Assembly (NCBI GenBank): GCA_965116905.1
Contig: OZ220732.1
Coordinates: forward strand, 160,001-224,000
Direction of reading: 5' to 3'
Length of the DNA: 64,000 nucleotides
Source: Longimicrobiales bacterium
Lineage (GTDB): Bacteria > Gemmatimonadota > Gemmatimonadetes > Longimicrobiales > Gaopeijiaceae
Below the pieces are notes generated by a model, which saw only the letters and a program-made list of their open reading frames with translations, did not search any database and was not told the origin of the DNA. The position numbers and the translations under genes were made by a program. Shown here piece after piece: positions 56,743-64,000 of the stretch; position 1 is the stretch's first letter, and every line of letters begins with the position of its first letter.

Positions 56743-58266
56743 TCAGTCGGCCCTCGGCACCATGCGGGCGCCCTGGGCGATATACGTCATGCGCCCGTCG
56801 GGACGCGGGTCGAGAAAGCTCATGACCGCCGCGGTCGGGTTCCCCTCGGGGTCCGGGAACGTAAACGCGTCGTTGCCGACAGGCTTCAGGGGCACCATCG
56901 GCGTCGGCTCCATCGGCGTGTCGTCGTAGAAGGGGAATTTGGCCCACAGGGACACGCCGAGGCTGCCAGCCATCTGGCCGGGCATCTCCGCGATCTCGTA
57001 GATCTGGGCGACGTTCTCATAGCGTCCCGCGTAGCGCGCGATGTCGACCTCGTCGTCGACGATGGGCCGGACCACGGGCGGCGGCGGTGCCACTCCCGAG
57101 GCTTCCTCCATCCACTTGGCGGAGAGCTCGCTGGTCAGCCCGCCGCTGTGCGACGAGTTGCCCAGGACTGCGACCGCCACATTGCTTTCGGGGTGTGCGG
57201 TCAGGTTCGCCAGGATGCCGGGCCCGCCGCCCCCGTGCGACACGAAACCGCCCTCGGAGAGCATCCAGCCCAGACCGAACGCGACCGGCGTGCCCTCGCC
57301 CCGCATCCGCGTGGTTTCGGCCCGCATGGCGCGGGCGCTCCCGGGCGACAGGATCGTGGCGCCGTTCGGGCCCGTGCCGTCGGCCATGTGCGCGGCGGCG
57401 AAGGTGACCAGCGCGCTGGCGGACATCATCGCCGTGGCACCGGCCGGCGCGAAGCTGATCGGCAGGAAGGCGAACGACGTCCGCACCGGTTCGCCCGTCT
57501 CGGGGTCGGTGAAGTGCCCGACGCTCGCCCGGTGCAGGAGCGCGTCCTCGGGTAGCACGGCGGCGTGCTCCATGCCCAGCGGCTGGAAGATCCGCTCCTT
57601 CACGAGGTCGTACCAGCTGCGCTCCCGGATCCTCTGGCACAGGTAGCCGGCGATCACCGTGGCCGTGTTGCAGTACGAGGTGTCGGCGCCCGGTTCGTGA
57701 ATCTTGCCCATGCCTGCGAAACGCGGGATCGCCTTCTCGATGGTCTCCTCGTCGTGGCCCTGCTCGGGCACCATCTCGCCGTCGATGCCGCTCGTGTGGT
57801 TGACGAGCATCGCCACCGTGATGCGCGCCAGGTGTTCCGGATCGGCAAGGCGCAGCTCGGGCAGGTAGGTCGAGACAGGGGCGTCCAGCTCGACCAGCCC
57901 GTCGTCCACCATCTGCATGAGGAGGGTCGTGTTGAAGATCTTGGTGATCGACCCGATGTGCATGACGGTCTCGGGGGTCATCGTGACGCCGCTGCTGACG
58001 TTCACGAGTCCCGCCGCGGCGGTGCGGATCTCGCCGTTGGCGAAGACGGCCGCGCTCGCGCCGACCACCCCGTGGCGGGCCAGCGCCTCCTCCAGGTCGG
58101 CCTGGAGCGCCGGGTCGGTTCCGGCGGGCGCGCTTGCAGGCCGCGTGCGTGCCGGCGAATCCGGAACACAGGCCGTGACGCCGACAACCGGGGGCACCGT
58201 CGCCGCGACCGCGGCGGTCCTGAGGAAGTCCCTGCGGGTGCTTGTCGACCTCTTGCGGGCGGGCAT
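56743..58266 (-). CDS. Serine hydrolase, beta-lactamase/D-peptidase family (Tat lipoprotein)
   Basis: TRRDFL..VTAC; SITK (SxxK), YCN, HGG; RBS AGGAG. Confidence 0.9.
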   Translation of the reverse strand: MPARKRSTSTRRDFLRTAAVAATVPPVVGVTACVPDSPARTRPASAPAGTDPALQADLEEALARHGVVGASAAVFANGEIRTAAAGLVNVSSGVTMTPETVMHIGSITKIFNTTLLMQMVDDGLVELDAPVSTYLPELRLADPEHLARITVAMLVNHTSGIDGEMVPEQGHDEETIEKAIPRFAGMGKIHEPGADTSYCNTATVIAGYLCQRIRERSWYDLVKERIFQPLGMEHAAVLPEDALLHRASVGHFTDPETGEPVRTSFAFLPISFAPAGATAMMSASALVTFAAAHMADGTGPNGATILSPGSARAMRAETTRMRGEGTPVAFGLGWMLSEGGFVSHGGGGPGILANLTAHPESNVAVAVLGNSSHSGGLTSELSAKWMEEASGVAPPPPVVRPIVDDEVDIARYAGRYENVAQIYEIAEMPGQMAGSLGVSLWAKFPFYDDTPMEPTPMVPLKPVGNDAFTFPDPEGNPTAAVMSFLDPRPDGRMTYIAQGARMVPRAD

Positions 58267-58284
58267 TTGCATTCTCCTGGGCCG

Positions 58285-58322
58285 CGGCCGTGAACGCGTG
58301 GTTCGGCCGTGAACGCGTGGTT
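58285..58322. repeat. Perfect 19-bp tandem duplication
   Basis: CGGCCGTGAACGCGTGGTT x2 just upstream of the serine hydrolase. Confidence 0.9.
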
Positions 58323-58401
58323 CTTGCGCACCGGACCATTGTCGGCACGCCGGACTGCCAGAATAGGTTGCGGCGGTGATCGCCGCCAATGTTCGCAGAG
58401 G

Positions 58402-58439
58402 TTGACAACATATGACCAGTCACCGAGACTGGTTATATG
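58402..58439 (+). promoter_or_regulatory. Sigma70-type promoter with overlapping palindromic operator for the Phd-VapC locus
   Basis: TTGACA 58402-58407, 17-nt spacer, GAGACT 58425-58430; inverted repeat CATATGACCAGTC-ACCGA-GACTGGTTATATG. Confidence 0.8.
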
Positions 58440-58775
58440 GAGACCATCAACGCATCGTACTTCAAGGCCCGCTGCCTGGCGATCCTCGACCGTGTGAGGG
58501 AAACGGGCGAACGCATCGTGATTCTCAAGCGGGGGGAGCCCGTGGCGGAGCTCGGACCGCCCAGCCGCGCGGAATCGCGGTATCCGCAAGCGGAACTGAA
58601 GGGCACGGTCACGGTGCTCGGTGACATCGTCGGGCCGGTCGTGCCGGAGCACCACTGGGACAGCCTGACGGGCACCGGCACGACCCCCGCCGACGCAGCG
58701 CCCGGCGAGGCCGCAGGTGAGGCTGCAGGTGAGGCCGACGCACGCAAGCGAACCCCGTGGAAGGGCGGCGAGTGA
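58437..58775 (+). CDS. Phd/YefM family antitoxin
   Basis: INASYFKARCLAILDRV..TGERIVILKRGEPVAEL. Confidence 0.9.
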   Translation: METINASYFKARCLAILDRVRETGERIVILKRGEPVAELGPPSRAESRYPQAELKGTVTVLGDIVGPVVPEHHWDSLTGTGTTPADAAPGEAAGEAAGEADARKRTPWKGGE

Positions 58776-59188
58776 CGACGCTCCCGAAGACCCGCGTCCT
58801 CCTGGACACCCACATCCTGATCTGGTGGCTTCAGGGTGGTGGTCCACTGTCGTCCGAGCAACGACGGGTCCTCCATGCGGCCGACGCGGACTCGCCACTG
58901 CGCGTATCCGACATATCCCTCTGGGAGATCGCGACGCTTCACAGCCTGGGCCGTATACGGCTTGCGCTTCCGCCCAGGGAGTGGCTGGAGAAGGCGGTCG
59001 CGCCGCCGCTCGTTCGGCGCTACGGCATCTCCCCGGCGATCGCGGCCGAAGTGGCCGCCCTGCCGGACTCCTTTCACCGGGACCCCGCCGACCGTATTCT
59101 CGTTGCGACCGGGCGCATCATGGGAGCGACGCTGCTCACGCACGACCGTCACATCGTCGACTCCGGACTGGTGCCGACGCTGAACTGA
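58772..59188 (+). CDS. vapC: VapC (PIN domain) toxin
   Basis: LLDTHILIW, S.ISLWEI, HRDPADRILVA, LLTHD; GTGA overlap. Confidence 0.92.
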   Translation: MTTLPKTRVLLDTHILIWWLQGGGPLSSEQRRVLHAADADSPLRVSDISLWEIATLHSLGRIRLALPPREWLEKAVAPPLVRRYGISPAIAAEVAALPDSFHRDPADRILVATGRIMGATLLTHDRHIVDSGLVPTLN

Positions 59189-59262
59189 GACGGTCGGCCG
59201 CCGCGCCCGCAGCCGCCGCGCCGCGCCCGCAGCCGCCGCGCCCCGAAGAAGGAACCGTGCCA

Positions 59263-60825
59263 ATGAGACCGACGACGAACCCCACCTCCCGCCGCGCCTT
59301 CCTCAGGGCGGGGACCGCAGCGCTGACCGGCGCGATGATCGCCCCGCAGCGCATCCTCGCCGATCCCTACGCACCGCTCACGGTGCATCCCGACCCCGCG
59401 CGGCCCGGCTCCGGGCGTGGGGCGGCCGCTCTCTCATCCCCAATCAGAGTCCAGGGCGTGGTGCGCTCGCAAGGCGTGGGGCTTCCCCGTGTGCCGGTCT
59501 CCGACGGCGTCCAGGTCGTCGACACCGCGGACGACGGCACCTTCGAACTCATCACGACGCCCGACCGGGGCTTCGTCTGGTTCACGACGCCATCGGGCTA
59601 CCGGATCCCGCTTAACGCCCCCGGCACCGCCCGCTTCTACCAGCCGCTGTCCGACGGGCGGGAGCAAACGGCCGTCTTCGAACTCGAACCCGATCCGGTG
59701 CCCCACGACAACCACACACTCCTGCTCCTCGGAGACATTCAGACGGAAGACCCCACGGAGATGGGGTGGTTCCTCTCGCAGTCGGTGCCGGACCTGCGGG
59801 AGACGGTTGCGGGACTCGGCGGCGAGCATGCCTTCGGCATTTCCTGCGGCGATATCATGTTCGACAACCTTGAACTCTACCCGGACTACGAGCGCGGGGT
59901 CGGCGAGACCGGCATCCCCTTCTTCCAGGTCGTCGGCAACCACGACCTCGACATGGACAACCTGACCGACCAGGCCTCGACCGAGACCTTCAGCCGGCAC
60001 TTCGGGCCCCGGTACTATTCGTTCGACCGTGGGGCCGTGCACTACGTGGTCCTGGACGACGTGTTCTGGCACGGCAGCGGCTACATCGGCTACCTGGGGG
60101 CCGATGCGCTCGCGTGGCTGGAGCGGGACCTTGCCCGTGTCGAGCCGGGGTCGCCCGTGATCGTGGCGACGCACATCCCCGTGCTCGGCAGCCAGCACCT
60201 GCGCCGCGGCGAGGAACGTCCGGGCACGGCGCTCGCGATCATGAACCGCCAGGCCCTCTACCGGCTGCTGGAGCCGTTCGAGGCGCATATTCTCACCGGC
60301 CACACGCACGAGTGCGAGCATGTGTTCGAGCAGGGCACGCACGAGCACGTTACCGGGGCGATCTGCGGAGCGTGGTGGAGCGGCCCGATCTGCCATGACG
60401 GCACCCCAAACGGCTATTGCGTGTACACCGTCCGCGGCGAGGAAGTCCGCTGGCGCTACAAGGCGACCGGGCATCCGGACGACCATCAGATGCGGCTCCA
60501 CCTGAGCGGCGGCGGCCCGTCGTCACCAAGCGGCCCGTCGTCAGCAGGCGAACTGGTCGCCAACATCTGGAACTGGGATCCGGAGTGGACGGTTCGGTGG
60601 TTCGCGGACGGTGAGCCCATGGGTGCGATGCCCAGGCATCCGGGCTTCGATCCCCTTAGCGCGCAACTGCACACGGGACCCGACCTGCCGCCACGGCGGA
60701 CCTGGGTGGAGCCGGTCCCGACCGATCACATCTTCCGCGCGCCGCTCACGGGTGAGGAAAGCGTTATCGTGGTCGAAGCCACCGATCGGTTCGGTGAGGC
60801 TTTCGTCGAGGAATGGCGGAGGTAG
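59263..60825 (+). CDS. Calcineurin-like metallophosphoesterase (Tat signal)
   Basis: SRRAFL; V.VSDG, GDIQ, GDIMFD, GNHD, HIP, GHTH, GAWW, DGTPNGY. Confidence 0.9.
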   Translation: MRPTTNPTSRRAFLRAGTAALTGAMIAPQRILADPYAPLTVHPDPARPGSGRGAAALSSPIRVQGVVRSQGVGLPRVPVSDGVQVVDTADDGTFELITTPDRGFVWFTTPSGYRIPLNAPGTARFYQPLSDGREQTAVFELEPDPVPHDNHTLLLLGDIQTEDPTEMGWFLSQSVPDLRETVAGLGGEHAFGISCGDIMFDNLELYPDYERGVGETGIPFFQVVGNHDLDMDNLTDQASTETFSRHFGPRYYSFDRGAVHYVVLDDVFWHGSGYIGYLGADALAWLERDLARVEPGSPVIVATHIPVLGSQHLRRGEERPGTALAIMNRQALYRLLEPFEAHILTGHTHECEHVFEQGTHEHVTGAICGAWWSGPICHDGTPNGYCVYTVRGEEVRWRYKATGHPDDHQMRLHLSGGGPSSPSGPSSAGELVANIWNWDPEWTVRWFADGEPMGAMPRHPGFDPLSAQLHTGPDLPPRRTWVEPVPTDHIFRAPLTGEESVIVVEATDRFGEAFVEEWRR

Positions 60826-60830
60826 TCGAG

Positions 60831-61994
60831 ATGAAGCAGATGAAGGTGGGTGGGAGAGCGACGATCCTCCCGCTGGCAGCGGTTCTCTGCGGAGGTGCGT
60901 TCGCCTGCGAGCCCGCGCCCTCGCCCGCGCCCGCCGAGCCATGGACACTGGAAGACGTCACGCCCAACACCGACGACGGCATCCGCGTCCTGATCATTCA
61001 CGACATGGAGGGACTGTCGGGCCAGGACGATCCGCGCAGCTACCGGTTCGGGACCGAGCAGTATCCGTCGGGCCAGGAGATGCTCGCCGCGGACGTCAAC
61101 GCGGTGGTGGACGGGCTCTTCGCCGGCGGCGCGACCGAAGTGGTGATCGCCGACGGGCACGGGAGCGGCAACTCCGACCCCGATCTGCGCACCGACCTGC
61201 TGGACGCGCGCGCCGTCCAGATCATCCGCGACGAGCCCTTCGACACCTACTTCGACCTCCCCGAGTCGGAGGAACTCGACGCGGTGGCCGTGGTCGGCAT
61301 GCATTCCAGGACGGGAAGCGGCGGGTTTGCCGCCCACACCTTCACCCTGGGCATCGACCTGCTGATCAACGGCCAGCCCATCACCGAGACCGAGCTCGTC
61401 GCGCTGTCCTGGGGTCGGTTCGGCGTGCCGGTCATCTTCGCATCCGGCGACGACAAGCTGCGCGGAGACCTCGCGACCATGCCCTGGATCGAATACGTGA
61501 CGGTCAAGGATGCTCCGGCGGCCGACACCGCCATCACCCGCCCCGTCGACGAGGCCCGCGCGGATCTGCGGGACGGGGCGCGGCGGGCGGTGGAGCGGCT
61601 CGCGGAAGCGAAGTCGATGCGGGCGGTGCTGCCGGTGCGGGCGTCACTGCACGCGGTGCCGCCGGCGAATCTTCGCTTTCTGGAGGGAATCCCCGGCCTG
61701 GATGGGGGCGACGGAACCGGCCCCGCGTACGCCGACGACACCTACAGCTTCACGGCCTCGGACATGCGCGAAGCCTACGACGGCCTGGTGGCGGTAGTGG
61801 GCATGGCGCGCGTCGGCTACCAGAGTCTGTTGCAGGAGGTCGTCGCCGCGAGACCGGACGCGGGCGAGATCCAGTCGGCCTTCGGCGAGGCGCTGTGGCA
61901 GCGCTGGCACGACCAGGAGTCGGGGCGATACGAGCGGCCGGGGGCGGGCGAGGCGATCGGTCAGATGATCCGGCGGTTTCACGGATACCGGTGA
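60831..61994 (+). CDS. M55 family (DppA-like) D-aminopeptidase, lipoprotein
   Basis: AFAC lipobox; DMEG, DVNA, ADGHG, GMHS, AHT, GVPVIFASGD, VKD. Confidence 0.85.
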   Translation: MKQMKVGGRATILPLAAVLCGGAFACEPAPSPAPAEPWTLEDVTPNTDDGIRVLIIHDMEGLSGQDDPRSYRFGTEQYPSGQEMLAADVNAVVDGLFAGGATEVVIADGHGSGNSDPDLRTDLLDARAVQIIRDEPFDTYFDLPESEELDAVAVVGMHSRTGSGGFAAHTFTLGIDLLINGQPITETELVALSWGRFGVPVIFASGDDKLRGDLATMPWIEYVTVKDAPAADTAITRPVDEARADLRDGARRAVERLAEAKSMRAVLPVRASLHAVPPANLRFLEGIPGLDGGDGTGPAYADDTYSFTASDMREAYDGLVAVVGMARVGYQSLLQEVVAARPDAGEIQSAFGEALWQRWHDQESGRYERPGAGEAIGQMIRRFHGYR

Positions 61995-62004
61995 GACGGA
62001 CGCC

Positions 62005-64000
62005 ATGACCCTGCCTTCAGTACTTCTCTTCGCCGCCGCGACGGGCATGCAATCTCCCCAGCAGGTCGGCATGGCGACCGACTCCATCCTCACGCACACC
62101 GACGGCGTGGTGCCGCCGACCGTTACCGCCGTGCGGGCCGATCCGGCCCCCGTCCTCGACGGCATCCTCGACGACCCGGTCTGGCAAAGGGCCATCCCCG
62201 TCACGGGATTCCGCCGCGATCGGCCCGGCGACGGCCTCCCCGCGGCCGAGAGGACCGAGGTGCGGGTCGCCTACACCGACGACGCGCTCTACGTCGGGGC
62301 GCGCATGTTCGACCGCGACCCGTCCCGGATATCCCTGCTCCGCGGCCGGCGCGATTCGTTCATGCAGCCCAACGACCAGTTCCTGATCCAGCTCGACTCC
62401 TACCACGATCACCGCACCACCTTCGTCTTCGGGGTGACCCCGGCGGGCGGACGCAACGACCTGGTCGCGCCCAACGACGGATTCCAGGGGATGGACGCGG
62501 GCTGGGATCCGGTGTGGGACGCCGCGACCCGCGTGGACTCGCTGGGCTGGGTGGCCGAGATGCGCATCCCCTTCTCGCAACTCCGCTTCCGGGAGGGCGA
62601 CCGCCAGGTCTGGGGCGTCAACTTCCGCCGCGACATCCTGCACGCGGGCGAGGCGGTGGACTGGGCGTGGAGACCGTCCACGGAGAGCGGCCTCGCTTCG
62701 TCGTTCGGACACCTGCTGGGACTGGAAGACGTGCGCAGGCCGTCGCGCCTGGAAGTCCTTCCCTATGCGGTCACGCGCGCGAGCTTCGACCAGCGCGCGG
62801 ACCCGGCGAGTCCCTTCGACGATGGCTCGGTCTACGGAGGCGCGGTCGGGCTCGACCTGAAGTACGGGCTCACCGGAGGACTGACGCTCGACGCCACCGT
62901 GAACCCCGACTTCGGGCAGGTGGAGGCGGACCCGGCCGTGGTGAATCTGACCGCCTTCGAGACCTTCTTCGAGGAGCGCCGGCCGTTCTTCGTCGAGGGC
63001 GCGGGTCTCTTCGGCTTCGGCGGGCTCGAGGGCTTGCGCTTCTTCTATTCGCGTCGGGTCGGTCAGCGTCCGGCGATCCGGGCCGGCGGCGGCCGGGGTT
63101 CCTTCGTCGACCAGCCGACCCAGTCGACCATCCTCGGCGCAGCCAAGATTTCGGGCCGGACCGACTCGGGGTGGGTCGTCGCCTTCATGAACGCCACCAC
63201 GCAGCGCGAAAACGCCCGCGTCGCCGAGGGTGCCGGCGCGCCGGTCACCGAGGTCCCGGTGGACCCGCTGTCGAACATCACGGCGCTGCGTGTCCGCCGC
63301 GACATGCGGGACGGCGACAGCTACATCGGCATGATCGCGACCGGCGTGGACCGAGACCTGAACCACGGCATCTTCGTCGTGTCCCTGCGCGACCGCGCCT
63401 TCACCGGTGGCGTGGACTTTCTCCATCGCTTCGCGAACCGCACCTACGCGCTGCAGGGCTGGGTGGGCGGCTCGCACGTCAGCGGCAGCCCGCACGCGAT
63501 GCAGCGGGCGCAACGGTCGTCCGTGCGCTACTACCAGCGGCCCAACCAGGACTACGTGACCTTCGACCCCGACCGGACGTCGCTCGGCGGCTACGCGGGT
63601 GAACTGGCGATGCGCAAGATCGCGGGCGAGTGGCTCTACGGCTTCGAGGCGAGCATGATCTCACCCGGCTTCGAGATGAACGACGCCGGCTTCCAGACGA
63701 TCGCGGACATCTACGCGCTCACCGTCGGCGGCACGCGGCGCTGGGTGGAGCCCGGCCGCTACTTCAGGTCCGCCAGCCTGACCCTGGGCGGGTCCGAACG
63801 CCGGAACTTCGGCAACCTGGTCTCTCAGCGCGAACTCTCGTTGCGCGGCAACGGCCAGACGGTGGGCTTCCACTCCCTTCGCGGCTCGCTGCGCTACGAA
63901 GTGGAGACCCTGGACCACCGCGCAACGCGAGGCGGTCCCGCAATAGTCACTCCCGCGAACTGGGGCGGCAACCTCTGGTTCAACACCGACGGACGAAAGC
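62005..64000 (+). CDS. CBM9-like/DUF5916 protein, runs off the window end
   Basis: Open frame from ATG 62005: PVLDGILDDPVW, TEVRVAY, WDPVW, AEMRIPFSQLRF, DATVNPDFGQVEAD, FF.ERRPFF.EG, FYSRR. Confidence 0.85.
   Translation, partial: MTLPSVLLFAAATGMQSPQQVGMATDSILTHTDGVVPPTVTAVRADPAPVLDGILDDPVWQRAIPVTGFRRDRPGDGLPAAERTEVRVAYTDDALYVGARMFDRDPSRISLLRGRRDSFMQPNDQFLIQLDSYHDHRTTFVFGVTPAGGRNDLVAPNDGFQGMDAGWDPVWDAATRVDSLGWVAEMRIPFSQLRFREGDRQVWGVNFRRDILHAGEAVDWAWRPSTESGLASSFGHLLGLEDVRRPSRLEVLPYAVTRASFDQRADPASPFDDGSVYGGAVGLDLKYGLTGGLTLDATVNPDFGQVEADPAVVNLTAFETFFEERRPFFVEGAGLFGFGGLEGLRFFYSRRVGQRPAIRAGGGRGSFVDQPTQSTILGAAKISGRTDSGWVVAFMNATTQRENARVAEGAGAPVTEVPVDPLSNITALRVRRDMRDGDSYIGMIATGVDRDLNHGIFVVSLRDRAFTGGVDFLHRFANRTYALQGWVGGSHVSGSPHAMQRAQRSSVRYYQRPNQDYVTFDPDRTSLGGYAGELAMRKIAGEWLYGFEASMISPGFEMNDAGFQTIADIYALTVGGTRRWVEPGRYFRSASLTLGGSERRNFGNLVSQRELSLRGNGQTVGFHSLRGSLRYEVETLDHRATRGGPAIVTPANWGGNLWFNTDGRK

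Noticed and set aside
56743..58266. Antibiotic-resistance beta-lactamase
   Set aside because: HGG in place of KTG and peptidase-cluster context point to a general serine hydrolase or D-peptidase

Overview
High-GC, gene-dense bacterial (diderm) chromosome segment. A SupA-type PKS, a plant-type LRR lipoprotein and barrel-less plug proteins suggest a marine-sponge symbiont, possibly Gemmatimonadota-like (inference only). Contents in order: LPS core genes (GT4, heptosyltransferase, waaA); a Lol-like ABC system with a beta-barrel partner; an OsmC-family gene interrupted by an in-frame UGA plus a SECIS-like hairpin (probable selenoprotein); a circularly permuted D-amino-acid-oxidase-family lipoprotein; a monoheme cytochrome/beta-barrel gene paired with a pentaheme cytochrome; acetoacetate-CoA ligase; a deleted MFS pseudogene; a ~10.3 kb SupA-like type I PKS (KS-AT-DH-cMT-ER-KR-ACP-KS-AT0) with hydrolase, free ACP and an NCS2 permease/RsbW-like fusion; an Ig-like/LRR lipoprotein; a complete his operon with HisA-HisI-HisE and HisC-HAD fusions and an unannotated His-rich leader peptide/attenuator; two type II toxin-antitoxin loci; a sodium:solute symporter; a split 5'-nucleotidase; and a run of mostly secreted hydrolases/peptidases. 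No rRNA, tRNA, CRISPR array or transposase was seen. Start codons were chosen by eye from RBS and stop/start overlaps and are approximate.
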